Source: a bacterium (GTDB taxonomy: Bacteria; Patescibacteriota; Minisyncoccia; Phycocordibacterales; UBA2100). From it: a stretch of 64,000 nucleotides of DNA. How positions within the stretch are numbered: position 1 is the first letter of the stretch; the number at the start of each line of letters is the position of its first letter. Under the pieces are notes generated by a model. That model made no database searches. It had not been told where the DNA came from and saw only the letters and a list, made by a program, of their open reading frames with translations. The position numbers were made by a program, and so were the translations under genes. This document shows, piece by piece, positions 46,631 to 56,420 of this stretch. The DNA is taken from assembly GCA_016789445.1 (NCBI GenBank), contig JAEUQT010000001.1, positions 1,308-65,307 of the forward strand, written 5' to 3'.

Positions 46631-47252
46631 GTTCCGCGCGGGAGATCGCTCCTTCCCGCTCGATGACCGCGTCGGCGGTACTCACGTTCACGATGGTGGA
46701 TGGTTTCCGCTCCGGCAACTCTCCCGCATCGATCACGAGATCGATCAAGGATGCCTTCTCACCTAATTGTTCGAGGATCTCCCGCACCGATCGCCCCGTC
46801 GTCCCTCCTGCACGATTGGCACTGGTCGTCGTATAGGGCTTACCGAATGCTCGTGCGAGTTCGATACAGAACCGGTTATCCGGAATACGGATACAGAACG
46901 TATCCATATTCTTCCCGATGCCGGTATCGACGCCTGCACGTTTCTTTAATATGAGGGAGAGCGGCCCGGGCATATACGCACAGGCGAGCGCGAATCCTTT
47001 TTCCCCGAACTCCACGTACTGATTCGCCATCTCGACATCCGCGACGATCGCATGGATAGGCTTTGCCGCATCGCGACCTTTGATTTCCTTCACCTTCGCC
47101 ACCGCCTCATCTGAAAGCGCATCCGCCCCGAGTCCGTAGAGGGTGTCGGTCGGATACAGTATGACGCCGCCTGCACGAAGTACCCGTGCGGCTTTTTCGA
47201 TTATTTCTGGCTCATCATTTGAAAGTAGTTCCATAACAGAAAACGGTCTCAC
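46620..47252 (-). CDS. tsaC: L-threonylcarbamoyladenylate synthase (YrdC/Sua5 family)
   Basis: VILYPTDTLYGLGADALSDEAVAKV...KGRDAAKPIHAIVAD, which are YrdC signature blocks. Confidence 0.85.
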   Translation of the reverse strand: MRPFSVMELLSNDEPEIIEKAARVLRAGGVILYPTDTLYGLGADALSDEAVAKVKEIKGRDAAKPIHAIVADVEMANQYVEFGEKGFALACAYMPGPLSLILKKRAGVDTGIGKNMDTFCIRIPDNRFCIELARAFGKPYTTTSANRAGGTTGRSVREILEQLGEKASLIDLVIDAGELPERKPSTIVNVSTADAVIEREGAISRAELTL

Positions 47253-47267
47253 CTGATGCGAGACCGT

Positions 47268-47465
47268 CTAGATTCGTATGTAGATATGGACCTCCTGGCC
47301 ATCTACATTTTCAGAGAACATATATCCGTAACCGGCCGCTTGCTGCTTCGTCCGTGAGACGAAGTACATGCCCATATTCGGGAGCGGAAAGAAACCGTCA
47401 GAGGATGTACCGCTCGCAAAAGCGGCTTTGATTTCCTTTACCATCTCTTCAGTGACGCCTAGCAT
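47268..47465 (-). CDS. Hypothetical small protein
   Basis: 65-aa ORF immediately downstream of the kinase-like gene. Confidence 0.35.
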   Translation of the reverse strand: MLGVTEEMVKEIKAAFASGTSSDGFFPLPNMGMYFVSRTKQQAAGYGYMFSENVDGQEVHIYIRI

Positions 47466-47467
47466 AG

Positions 47468-48349
47468 TTATGAACGCTCCTGTTGGATTTCACGCCGGTG
47501 TTCCAGCATTTCTTTAACTTTCTTTAGTATAACATTATCTCGCGGCGCGTCAAGTCTTCGATATGCCTCCTCTTCACTCCACGCTCGCGCGCAATATCCC
47601 ATATCGATGACATATGCCAAAGGTTCATCTCCATCGGGATTCGGATCAAGGTTCACCATGATATTCCCCTCCCGCAGATCCCGATGATAGAAACCGTTCG
47701 CGTGCATCAGATCGACGAAGCGCTGCACTTCCGCGAATATCGTATCGATATCAAGCCCCGCTGGAATCGGAATATCCTGATCGATGATATCTTTAACCGC
47801 GATACAGCTGGTGACTTCTTCCTGCGCGATCGTATCGATACCAAGCTTGCTTGCGAAGAAGAAGGGCCGCGGCACCGCGACACGGATCTCAGGATGATCG
47901 AGCGAAAGCCGGTGGACGTCGGCCTGAAAAGCGGCCTCCGACCTCAATGAATTATGCGGATGCATCGGCGGGTGGAGCAGGACCTTGTACACGACCGCCG
48001 GACGGGTCGGATCCTGTTGCAGACAACGGATGATACGCCCGTTCTGGCCACGATTGATCTCCTCTGAATGACGATCGATATCGCGCATACGTGCGATGAG
48101 CTCTCGCGGCAATTCCTTCGCGATGCGCAGATATTCTGAGTGGTGATCAGCGGGTTTTACCGCTTCAGCGCGTCGTTGGATTCCATTGCGCAGGATCGCC
48201 TTCTGCTCCTGCACCTCCTTGCCCGCGATCTTCTGCACCCAGGTGTCATGGTGCTCTTCGGGCAGCAGATCGAGCAGATCATCGACGGAATGTGTATCTT
48301 CAGCCGGGCTTTCAGGCTGCTGTACGCGACGCATCCGCTCAAGGGACAT
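47468..48349 (-). CDS. Protein-kinase-like (APH/Kdo kinase/RIO-type) fold protein
   Basis: Catalytic-loop-like GFYHRDLREGNIMVN and a metal-binding IDMGY (DxG) motif. Confidence 0.55.
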   Translation of the reverse strand: MSLERMRRVQQPESPAEDTHSVDDLLDLLPEEHHDTWVQKIAGKEVQEQKAILRNGIQRRAEAVKPADHHSEYLRIAKELPRELIARMRDIDRHSEEINRGQNGRIIRCLQQDPTRPAVVYKVLLHPPMHPHNSLRSEAAFQADVHRLSLDHPEIRVAVPRPFFFASKLGIDTIAQEEVTSCIAVKDIIDQDIPIPAGLDIDTIFAEVQRFVDLMHANGFYHRDLREGNIMVNLDPNPDGDEPLAYVIDMGYCARAWSEEEAYRRLDAPRDNVILKKVKEMLEHRREIQQERS

Positions 48350-48488
48350 ATATATTGAAGATTCTACCGCTTTGGACTATACTGCGCCACACGATTCCTA
48401 GGGGAATCAAGCTTAGCGCGCTTAGCTCCGGCGGATGACGCTGATATGCCAGGCTGGGCGAGCACGAGACTGAAAGTGAGAAAATAAC

Positions 48489-48560
48489 GCGCGCTTAGCT
48501 CAGTGGTAGAGCATCGTCTTGACGTGACGAGGGCCGTGGGTTCGATCCCCTCAGCGCGCA
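48489..48560 (+). tRNA. tRNA-Val (anticodon GAC)
   Basis: GCGCGCT-TA-GCTCAGTGGTAGAGC-A-TCGTCTTGACGTGACGA-GGGCC-GTGGGTTCGATCCCCTC-AGCGCGC-A, with one U-U mismatch in the T-stem. Confidence 0.7.
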
Positions 48561-48605
48561 CATGAGACACAAAACCTGCCCTGCGGCAGGTTTTGTGCCA
48601 TGTGC

Positions 48606-48762
48606 GAGCCGGAGCGATGTTCCGCCAGCAGGCGGAACCGCGAGGCCGGGTCGGGCGGCAGTTTGCGCGACGGCGCAAGCTGAATGCCTGACCACACATG
48701 AAAGACCGGCGAGACGGGGTCGCGAAAAAATTCGCCTGACGAGGCGGATTTTATTCGTGACC
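48606..48762 (+). repeat. Two tandem type-A structured repeat modules downstream of tRNA-Val
   Basis: GAGCCGGAGCGATGTTCCGCCagcagGCGGAACCGCGAGGCCGGGTCGGGCGG..., then GAGACGGGGTCGCGAAAAAATTCGCCtgacgAGGCGGATTTTATTCGTGACCGATCC. A 15-bp direct repeat TGAATGCCTGACCAC at 48681 and 48818 brackets the second module. Confidence 0.75.
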
Positions 48763-48844
48763 GATCCTTTCTGCTCCATCGCGACGGCGACGGGAATCTC
48801 TGTGACCACTGAGAATTTGAATGCCTGACCACGAGCAACTCTTT

Positions 48845-49825
48845 TCAACCCACCCTCACCACCTTCGCCGGCCGATACGCCAAAAGCCGTAGGTCCTTGA
48901 GATTGATAAGCACGACGAAGAGATTGAGCGCTACGAGCATGACACCGAAGAGCGCGATGAGATCGACTCCGACATTCGAACCAAGGTAGAGAAGGAACTG
49001 CACGAGCGGAGCGTCAGGATCTTCCGCCAATTCCTTAGCGAAGACCTCGCGGACGAATGAGACCGGTCCCGCATAGCTTGCGAATATGATGACACTGCCT
49101 ATGACCGCGCCTGCAGCTGCAGCAACAATGTTGCGCAGCGCCACCCTCCCCGCCTTCATCGTCTGCGGCACATTGAGAAGCTGCAACCGTGCTTGCGCGA
49201 GGAAGACTTCGCCGAACATGATCATCCGTCGCGCGAATCCGCGCCAGAGTCCGAACTTCCGCTCCTTCGGCACCTGTCGCAAATCAGGACACACCCGATA
49301 CAGGAATCCGTTACCCCAATACCGCGCATAGAAATTAAGCGCGATCTCGATCATGAATCGTTCCTTGTAGATGCTCGGGACTTTCTCCCACAACCCGCGC
49401 GTCAGCGCACGCTGTCCGCCGAGCATGGGGATGACGGATACGATGGAACCCACGTAATACATCCGCCAGTTACGCATGGCGATCACCATCTCGCTTTTCC
49501 CCTCTCTCACCGCCGCAAGAATCCCCTCAAGCATCGGAGCATCGATACCGTACATATCGGCATCACAGAAGAAGAGTATGTCAGCGTCCGTCGCGGCAGC
49601 ACCAGTAGCCATCGCACGACCTTTACCTTGATTCTCCGCATGACGAATGAGTCGAATCGGGTACGTCGTCGCGACCGCTGATGTTCCATCATCGGAGCCA
49701 TCATCCACCACGATGACCTGATCGAAACCGGGATACCGGGTGAGCGATTCCAATACGCGGTGAATGTTCCCCGCTTCGTTATACGCTGCAACGATAGCTG
49801 CTATGCGTTTCGTCTTTCCATCCAT
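48845..49825 (-). CDS. Family 2 glycosyltransferase
   Basis: N-terminal AAIVAAYNEAGNI...VVDDGSDDGT and a DxD region, with C-terminal TM helices. Confidence 0.8.
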   Translation of the reverse strand: MDGKTKRIAAIVAAYNEAGNIHRVLESLTRYPGFDQVIVVDDGSDDGTSAVATTYPIRLIRHAENQGKGRAMATGAAATDADILFFCDADMYGIDAPMLEGILAAVREGKSEMVIAMRNWRMYYVGSIVSVIPMLGGQRALTRGLWEKVPSIYKERFMIEIALNFYARYWGNGFLYRVCPDLRQVPKERKFGLWRGFARRMIMFGEVFLAQARLQLLNVPQTMKAGRVALRNIVAAAAGAVIGSVIIFASYAGPVSFVREVFAKELAEDPDAPLVQFLLYLGSNVGVDLIALFGVMLVALNLFVVLINLKDLRLLAYRPAKVVRVG

Positions 49826-50394
49826 ATCGTGATTACGCGGAACGCGATGATACTGAGGACCAATACCGCAAGCGCAGCGGGAACGACACTGACATAGGGG
49901 AATGCCGTCCCGACGCCTTTACCGGCGAAATACCCGAGCGGAATAAATACGAGAAGCCAGATGATTGAGCCGATGGCATTGAAGAAGGAGAACGTCGTGA
50001 AGGACATGCCCCGCGATGCGACGAAGAGGATCATCGCGACGCGACTCCCATACAGGAATTTGACCATGATGAGCGCGGGAAGCGGTCGTTCCCCCACTAA
50101 TCGCTGTACGAATCCCGACATCTTTTCGCGCTCCTTCTTGAGGAATTTGGCATCATTGAATCGACTGAGCAGCTTTGCGCCGAAGAGAAACCACAATGTA
50201 TCCGAGAGAACCGTCCCGAGAAGCGCGGCAAGGAAAAGCGGGATCGGCGACCACGAGAGCTGCCCCGCCACATACGCAGCGGTCAGGATGACACTGTCTC
50301 CGAAAAAGAATGCGCCAGCGAAGACGCTCGGGATCTGGTACGCGGTGAGAAGCGCCGTCAGCGGCTCCATCGAGCGAGCATACCAATGCCTCAC
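49801..50394 (-). CDS. DedA/VTT-domain family membrane protein
   Basis: ...FFFGDSVILTAAYVAGQ...G..L.D.LWF..G... signature of the DedA family. 197 aa. Confidence 0.7.
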   Translation of the reverse strand: MRHWYARSMEPLTALLTAYQIPSVFAGAFFFGDSVILTAAYVAGQLSWSPIPLFLAALLGTVLSDTLWFLFGAKLLSRFNDAKFLKKEREKMSGFVQRLVGERPLPALIMVKFLYGSRVAMILFVASRGMSFTTFSFFNAIGSIIWLLVFIPLGYFAGKGVGTAFPYVSVVPAALAVLVLSIIAFRVITIWMERRNA

Positions 50395-50404
50395 GGAAAT
50401 TTAG

Positions 50405-50662
50405 ATGAAGAGCCTCTGTCCACAGTCCACTGTTCCCTCTCGAGGGTTTGCCACGCATACTCAGGACATGAAGCATCATGATCGGTACGCCATCGCGGCG
50501 TCGTTCCTTATGGGCTCCTTCCTCTTGAATGCATTGAAGGATATGGGCTGGACATCATCCATCGCGGAAGCAGGTCTCCTCGATTGGATGTCATGGATTT
50601 TCGGCACTGCCGGCATCCTCTTCTTCTCTATCGCCATCCATGAGCATAGGAAGCGCCACTAG
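50405..50662 (+). CDS. Hypothetical small membrane protein
   Basis: Two TM helices. The start may be the internal ATG (MKHHDRY). Confidence 0.4.
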   Translation: MKSLCPQSTVPSRGFATHTQDMKHHDRYAIAASFLMGSFLLNALKDMGWTSSIAEAGLLDWMSWIFGTAGILFFSIAIHEHRKRH

Positions 50663-50694
50663 CTTCAAGATGCACTCTCGGCTAGTCTAGGCAG

Positions 50695-51855
50695 ATGCGC
50701 ATACTCGCAATAGAAACCAGCTGCGACGAGACGGGCATTTCCATCATCGAAGCAGACGGCTCGTTCGGGCCGGATTTCTCGTATTCGCTTCTCGGCAACT
50801 CCCTCCTCTCGCAGGTAGAGACCCATGCCCCCTACGGCGGCGTATTCCCGAATCTCGCCCGACGCGAACACGAAAAGAATCTCGTGCCTCTTTTCGCACA
50901 AGCACTTGAAGAAGCGAAGCTTTCCGCCTCCGGAACCACACCTCTCGATGGCCTCGATGACATCCTCACCCGCGAACAGGAATTGCTTCCGCAACTGAAA
51001 GAATTCCTCGCGTCGCACGCGAAGCCGGACATCGACTGCATCGCCGTCACGCACGGCCCCGGGCTTGAGCCCGCGCTCTGGGTCGGGGTGAATTTCGCGC
51101 GCGCGCTCGCACATGCGTGGCAGCTGCCGCTCGTTCCGGTCAATCACATGGAGGGCCACATCATATTGAGCGCGATGGCAGAAGGAAGATTCGCTCCCTT
51201 CAAATTCCCTCTTCTCTCCCTCTTGGTATCCGGTGGCCACACGGAGCTCGTACTCTCACGAGAGCCGATGCGGTACGAACTGGTAGGACAGACGCGCGAC
51301 GATGCGGTCGGCGAAGCATTCGACAAAGTCGCACGACTCATGGATCTTCCCTATCCCGGCGGTCCTGAGATCGCGAAACTCGCTGAGATGGCGCGCGAGA
51401 AGCAACTGCCTTCCACCGTACAGCTTCCGCGCCCGATGATGGATTCAAAGGATTACGATTTCTCATTCTCGGGTATCAAGACGGCGGTGCGCCGCGTCGT
51501 CGAAGCTCACCAGCCGCTCTCGGACTCCTTGAAAATGGAAATCGCACGCGAATTCGAAGACGCAGTGACCGACGTCCTCGTCGCAAAGACCATCCGTGCC
51601 GTCGAGGAACACGGAGCGCACGCGGTTCTCATCGGCGGGGGCGTCTCCGCGAATCAATACCTCCGCGAGCGCATGCAGGAGGGAATCAAGGAATACGGAC
51701 TCGACGCAAAACTCCTTATCCCGCCCCGCGCCCTCTCCACCGACAACGCCCTCATGATCGCGCTCGCCGGTTATTTCCGGGCCCAGGCGGGTCAGTTCGC
51801 GGATATCAGCACGCTCCGTGCAAACGGAAATCTGCGCTTGAGCGGCAACGCATAA
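50695..51855 (+). CDS. tsaD: tRNA N6-adenosine threonylcarbamoyltransferase
   Basis: MRILAIETSCDETGISII..., HMEGHI metal-binding motif, Kae1/TsaD family. Confidence 0.9.
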   Translation: MRILAIETSCDETGISIIEADGSFGPDFSYSLLGNSLLSQVETHAPYGGVFPNLARREHEKNLVPLFAQALEEAKLSASGTTPLDGLDDILTREQELLPQLKEFLASHAKPDIDCIAVTHGPGLEPALWVGVNFARALAHAWQLPLVPVNHMEGHIILSAMAEGRFAPFKFPLLSLLVSGGHTELVLSREPMRYELVGQTRDDAVGEAFDKVARLMDLPYPGGPEIAKLAEMAREKQLPSTVQLPRPMMDSKDYDFSFSGIKTAVRRVVEAHQPLSDSLKMEIAREFEDAVTDVLVAKTIRAVEEHGAHAVLIGGGVSANQYLRERMQEGIKEYGLDAKLLIPPRALSTDNALMIALAGYFRAQAGQFADISTLRANGNLRLSGNA

Positions 51856-51962
51856 GAAAAAGGGCTTCGCGAGTGACTAGTCACAAGCAAAGCCCTCTAC
51901 CCCGCTGCCGAAACTAGTCCGGCGTTGGGGCTGTCTTTATAGCGTAGCCAGTTAAAGAGGGC

Positions 51963-54200
51963 GTGAAGCGTCAGCAACTTAATGCTAGGATGCCTTTTAT
52001 GCCTGAAAACAGGGCCGGAATCCCCGAAGAATTCCTCAGACCCTATAACCCCGTCGACCGGGAGCCGGAAACCCTCAAACTCTGGGACGAAAGCGGCTAT
52101 GCCAATCCGGATACCATGATCAAGGCCGGCCTCACCGCCCCCGATGCCGAGTCCTACACCATCGTCCTCCCTCCGCCGAACGTGACCGGCACCCTGCACA
52201 TCGGTCATGCCGCGATGCTCGCCATCGAAGACATCCTCATCCGTTACGCGCGCATGAACGGCAAGAAGACGCTTTGGATCCCCGGAACCGACAGCGCCGC
52301 CATCGCGACGCAGGCGAAAGTCGAGACCGACATCTATAAGAAGGAGAAGAAGACGCGCTACGATCTGGGCCGTGAGGAATTGATGCAGCGCATCGACGCG
52401 TTCACCGAAGAGAGCAAGAACACCATCATCAATCAGGTGAAGGTAATGGGCGCATCCCTCGATTGGAGCCGCTACGCGTATACGCTCGACGAAGCACGCT
52501 ACAAGGCAGTCATGACGGCGTTCGTGAGCATGTTCGACGCGGGACTCATCTATCGGGGAAACCGCATCGTGAACTGGGATCCGAAACTGCAGACTACGGT
52601 CTCCGACGATGAGATCGAGTATGTCGAGCAGAAAGACCCGTTCTTCTATTTCAAATACGGCCCGTTCGTCATCGGCACCGTCCGACCGGAGACCAAATTC
52701 GGCGACAAATACGTCGTCATGCATCCGGATGATGAGCGCTACGCCGGCTTCACACACGGCGAGAAGATCGATCTCGAATGGATCAACGGACCGCTTACGG
52801 CGACCGTCATCAAGGACGAAGCAGCGGACATGAGCGTCGGCTCGGGCGTCATGACCATCACTCCGGCGCATTCCGGCGTCGACTTCGAGATCGCGCAGCG
52901 TCACGGCTTGGATATCGAGCCGGTCATCGATGAGCGCGGCATTCTCCTCCCCATCGCCGGTGAATTCGCCGGTCAGCACATCAAGAAAGCCCGCCCGCGT
53001 ATCGTCGAGAAACTCAAGGAAAAGGGGTTGGTGATGAAAATCGACGAGAACTACGTCCACAATGTCGCGACGAACAGCCGCGGCGGCGGGGTCATCGAGC
53101 CGCAGATCAAGAAGCAGTGGTTCGTCGGCGTGAACAAGGAATTCACGATGCCGCATTCCCACATCGAAGGAATCCCGACGAGCAGTATGACGACACTGAA
53201 GCAGCTCATGCGCCATGTCGTTGAGAGCGGTCAGGTCAAAATCGCTCCCGAGCGCTTCGAGAAGACCTACTACCACTGGATCGATAATCTTCGCGACTGG
53301 AACATCTCGCGCCAGATCTGGTTCGGCCATCGCATCCCCGTGTGGTATCGCGGCGAGGAGATCTACTGTGGCGTCGAAGCACCAGGCGGCGAAGGATGGG
53401 AACAAGACCCCGACGTGCTCGATACGTGGTTCTCGTCAGGCCTGTGGACCATTTCCACACTCGGCTGGCCTGAAGAAACCGCCGATCTGAAGACCTATCA
53501 CCCGACCGCAGTCCTTGAGACCGGTTACGACATCCTTTTCTTCTGGGTTGCACGCATGATCCTCATGACCGGCTTCCTCGTCGGCCAAGTTCCCTTCCGC
53601 AACGTCTATCTGCACGGCCTCGTGCGCGATGGCCAAGGCCGAAAGATGTCGAAATCGCTCGGCAACATCATCGATCCCTTGGACATGGTCAATAAATACG
53701 GTGCCGATGCGACGCGCCTCAGCCTCATCATCGGCGCTGCCCCAGGCACTGATACCAAACTCGCGGAAGACCGCATTCGCGGCTACAAGCACTTCGCGAA
53801 CAAGCTCTGGAACATCACGCGCTTCGTCCTCGAGAACATCGCGGACATGGAACCAGAGGCGACACTCAACGATACGGATGCGAAACTCCTCGCTGAGGCG
53901 CAGGATCTTGCAAAGAGCGTGTCCGAGAATATCGAGAAGTTCCGTCTCGACCTTGCGGCGGATAGTGTCTATCACTTCGTCTGGGACCGCTTTGCGGCGG
54001 AGATACTCGAAGAATCAAAGCCGATCCTGAAAGAGGGCGGTGCAGCCAAGGCCTCGCGCCAGAAAATGCTGGCCGAGACCCTGATGATCTCTCTCAAACT
54101 TCTCCACCCGTTCATGCCGTTCGTGACCGAAGCCATCTGGCAGAAGCTCCCGCAGAAAGATAGCGCTCTCCTCATGGTCGCCAAGTGGCCTGTTAAATAA
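51963..54200 (+). CDS. valS: Valyl-tRNA synthetase (short form)
   Basis: HIGH region PPPNVTGTLHIGHA, KMSKS region KMSKSLGN, editing domain. 745 aa. Confidence 0.85.
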   Translation: MKRQQLNARMPFMPENRAGIPEEFLRPYNPVDREPETLKLWDESGYANPDTMIKAGLTAPDAESYTIVLPPPNVTGTLHIGHAAMLAIEDILIRYARMNGKKTLWIPGTDSAAIATQAKVETDIYKKEKKTRYDLGREELMQRIDAFTEESKNTIINQVKVMGASLDWSRYAYTLDEARYKAVMTAFVSMFDAGLIYRGNRIVNWDPKLQTTVSDDEIEYVEQKDPFFYFKYGPFVIGTVRPETKFGDKYVVMHPDDERYAGFTHGEKIDLEWINGPLTATVIKDEAADMSVGSGVMTITPAHSGVDFEIAQRHGLDIEPVIDERGILLPIAGEFAGQHIKKARPRIVEKLKEKGLVMKIDENYVHNVATNSRGGGVIEPQIKKQWFVGVNKEFTMPHSHIEGIPTSSMTTLKQLMRHVVESGQVKIAPERFEKTYYHWIDNLRDWNISRQIWFGHRIPVWYRGEEIYCGVEAPGGEGWEQDPDVLDTWFSSGLWTISTLGWPEETADLKTYHPTAVLETGYDILFFWVARMILMTGFLVGQVPFRNVYLHGLVRDGQGRKMSKSLGNIIDPLDMVNKYGADATRLSLIIGAAPGTDTKLAEDRIRGYKHFANKLWNITRFVLENIADMEPEATLNDTDAKLLAEAQDLAKSVSENIEKFRLDLAADSVYHFVWDRFAAEILEESKPILKEGGAAKASRQKMLAETLMISLKLLHPFMPFVTEAIWQKLPQKDSALLMVAKWPVK

Positions 54201-54225
54201 ACATCCTTTATCAAAAACAGAGCGA

Positions 54226-54326
54226 GGCGGGTATGTTTCTATTGCGGTCTTCGCAGCGCCGACGGGCGCGAGACTGAGCGCTGGGCCAGCAGGCCCAGAT
54301 AGCGACCGCAATTGGAACATATCCGC
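54226..54326. repeat. Type-C MITE-like structured repeat with terminal inverted repeats
   Basis: Termini GCGGGTATGTTTCTATTGCGG ... CCGCAATTGGAACATATCCGC. Core TTCGCAGCGCCGACGGGCGCGAGACTGAGCGCTGGGCCagcagGCCCAGATAGCGACC. Stems covary relative to copy C1. Confidence 0.75.
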
Positions 54327-54347
54327 GAGCGGCGGTGCTAGAATAGC

Positions 54348-55049
54348 GTGATGTCAGGACTCGAGTCCTATGCGATCGCGATCGCCGGCGGCATTTTCCC
54401 TGCCCTCGCGTGGTTGTGGTTCTGGTTGAAGGAAGACTCCCGCAATCCGGAACCTCGCCGTCTCATCGCGCTCGCTTTCATCACCGGCATGCTGACGGTG
54501 ATGATCGTCATCCCCATCCAGAAATTCGTCGCCGGATATCTTGTCACCCAGACTGCCATCTTCGCCGCATGGTCCACCATAGAGGAGTTCACGAAATACA
54601 TCATGGCGTGGCTCTTAGTACTCCATCGACGCGAGAACGATGAGCCGGTCGACGCCGTCATCTACATGGTCGCCGTCGCCCTCGGCTTCGCCGGATTGGA
54701 AAACGCCCTCTTCCTCCTCTCACCGCTTGCGGGAGACACGGTCATGCAGACGGTGATGACGGGAAACCTGCGCTTCATCGGGGCCACCCTCCTCCACGTC
54801 TTCTCATCGGCCACCGTCGGCATCTTCCTGGCCTTTTCATTCTATCGTTCTAGACTGACGAAAGAATGGTACGCCGCCTGCGGAGTTATCCTAGCGTCCC
54901 TTTTGCACATCGGTTTCAACTTCCTTATACTCAACACGGCGGACGAGCACCTCCTGAGGGCTTTCGCTGGCGTCTGGGTCGGCGTAATCGCAGTCTTATT
55001 CGCCCTCGAGTTCGTCAAACGTATCAAACCCCGCCCCTCGCGGCGCTAA
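54348..55049 (+). CDS. PrsW-family intramembrane protease-like protein
   Basis: Polytopic with an E-E-x-x-K motif (TIEEFTKYI) and F-x-x-x-H (HVFSSATVG) plus a second His, as in PrsW. Confidence 0.6.
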   Translation: MMSGLESYAIAIAGGIFPALAWLWFWLKEDSRNPEPRRLIALAFITGMLTVMIVIPIQKFVAGYLVTQTAIFAAWSTIEEFTKYIMAWLLVLHRRENDEPVDAVIYMVAVALGFAGLENALFLLSPLAGDTVMQTVMTGNLRFIGATLLHVFSSATVGIFLAFSFYRSRLTKEWYAACGVILASLLHIGFNFLILNTADEHLLRAFAGVWVGVIAVLFALEFVKRIKPRPSRR

Positions 55050-55064
55050 ACAATTCGTTTTTCC

Positions 55065-55565
55065 ATGAATAAGTTCTTCTCGCGCCTTACCGGTTCCAAC
55101 GATGACCAATACGATGATTTCCTCGATGACCCTCGCGGAAACCACATCTCTTTTTCAACCAAGGGCCCTGAGCGCCATGCGAGCGTACCGGTACGCCAAG
55201 AAACACGCTCCATCCAGCCGGTGCAGGAAGACACCGAAGGCGAATTGGCAGTCGATGTCTACCAGACGCCTGATCATATCGTCGTCAAAGCGCTCGTCGC
55301 CGGCGTCCAGCCGGCAACTATCGATATCTCTCTTACCCGCGAGATGCTCACCATCTCAGGTGTACGCGCAGACGAACGCGAAGTCGATGAGGACAACTAC
55401 TACCAGCGCGAGCTCTATTGGGGTTCGTTCTCCCGCACCATCCTGCTGCCTGAAGAGATCGATGTCGATGGCGCAGAAGCGAGCGAGAAGCACGGCATCC
55501 TCATGATCCGACTCCCGAAGATCAATAAGAAACGCGAGACCAAGCTCAAAGTCCGCGCCCGCTAA
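55065..55565 (+). CDS. Hsp20/alpha-crystallin family small heat-shock protein
   Basis: ACD core ELAVDVYQTPDHIVVKALVAGV...GVLMIRLPK pattern. Confidence 0.85.
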   Translation: MNKFFSRLTGSNDDQYDDFLDDPRGNHISFSTKGPERHASVPVRQETRSIQPVQEDTEGELAVDVYQTPDHIVVKALVAGVQPATIDISLTREMLTISGVRADEREVDEDNYYQRELYWGSFSRTILLPEEIDVDGAEASEKHGILMIRLPKINKKRETKLKVRAR

Positions 55566-55599
55566 CCAAAACCGCCCCGAAAGGGGCGGTTTTGGTTAG
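55564..55599. terminator. Bidirectional rho-independent terminator
   Basis: AACCAAAACCGCCCCGAAAGGGGCGGTTTTGGTT. Confidence 0.8.
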
Positions 55600-55605
55600 G
55601 TTTTC

Positions 55606-55681
55606 TTGGTGCTTGGGACCGGGGTCGAACCGGTGACCCTTCCCTCTTCAGGGGAATGCTCTACCAACTGAGCTACCCAAG
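55606..55681 (-). tRNA. tRNA-Phe (anticodon GAA), CCA encoded
   Basis: Reverse complement reads GCTTGGG-TA-GCTCAGTTGGTAGAGC-A-TTCCCCTGAAGAGGGAA-GGGTC-ACCGGTTCGACCCCGGT-CCCAAGC-A-CCA. Confidence 0.9.
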
Positions 55682-55803
55682 CAGAATCTCCGAAAGGTTC
55701 CGGAGATTCTTTGAGAACCCTCGGTTCTCAACGGGCTATTTCGCTTCGCTCATAGCCCTGCTCTCCTACACGGGAAAACTACAGTTTTCCCGCCCCCTTT
55801 CGG
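55682..55803 (-). repeat. Type-B structured repeat (copy B3) abutting the 5' end of tRNA-Phe
   Basis: Reverse complement reads GGGGGCGGGAAAACtgtagGTTTTCCC-GTGTAGGAGAGCAGGGCTATgagcgaagcgaaATAGCCCG-TTGAGAACCgaggGTTCTCAAAGAATCTCCggaacctttcGGAGATTCTG. Confidence 0.75.
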
Positions 55804-55820
55804 GCAGACTATACCATTTC

Positions 55821-56132
55821 CTAGTTGCCCTGGAAATACTGCGGGAATTGCGCACGAAGGTTCTGAAGCGCATCGTTCAGGCCGCTCATCTGTGCCGAAG
55901 CACCGGTACGAGCGCCTTCGATCTGCGCCATGGTGTCCAGCATACTGTTCATGACTGGAGCAACGTATTGCAGATACAGCCAGAGCGGTATGACGAGGAA
56001 TGCCGCCCAGATGACGAACTTCACGATGCCGCCCCAGAACGCACTACGGCGCATCGAGCGCAGCATGCGGTTATTCTCTTTCGTGAGTTTCAGCAGCTCA
56101 TCGAGCTTATCTCCCTCGTACTCGATCCCCAT
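55821..56132 (-). CDS. Hypothetical membrane protein
   Basis: 103 aa with a central TM helix. Confidence 0.45.
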   Translation of the reverse strand: MGIEYEGDKLDELLKLTKENNRMLRSMRRSAFWGGIVKFVIWAAFLVIPLWLYLQYVAPVMNSMLDTMAQIEGARTGASAQMSGLNDALQNLRAQFPQYFQGN

Positions 56133-56133
56133 G

Positions 56134-56415
56134 CTACTTCACTTCGCAGGTTGTGCAATCCGGTTCGTGCTTTGCGGAACTTGCGAGAATGCCGAGGATG
56201 AGTGCGTTCCAGAGAAGGAAGAGCGGATCGAACTGTCCGATCGGTGCCTGCATAAGGACACTGACCCACGCGAGGATAAACGAAAGGGCGCTGAGAACCC
56301 AGAGAACCTTCCATGCCCACATTTTAGCGATGTGCATATTCATGAATCTAAACTTATGTAATAAGGGATACGGATAATGATACCCTTCCCTGCCTCTCGT
56401 GAGCGTCCTATCCAC
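56134..56415 (-). CDS. Hypothetical membrane protein
   Basis: Two TM helices. The start is probably internal (MNMHIAKMWAWKV). Confidence 0.4.
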   Translation of the reverse strand: MDRTLTRGREGYHYPYPLLHKFRFMNMHIAKMWAWKVLWVLSALSFILAWVSVLMQAPIGQFDPLFLLWNALILGILASSAKHEPDCTTCEVK

Positions 56416-56420
56416 ACCCC

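Noticed and set aside
51897-53405. 502-aa - strand ORF
   Set aside because: Antisense to valS, whose HIGH and KMSKS motifs are present on the + strand.
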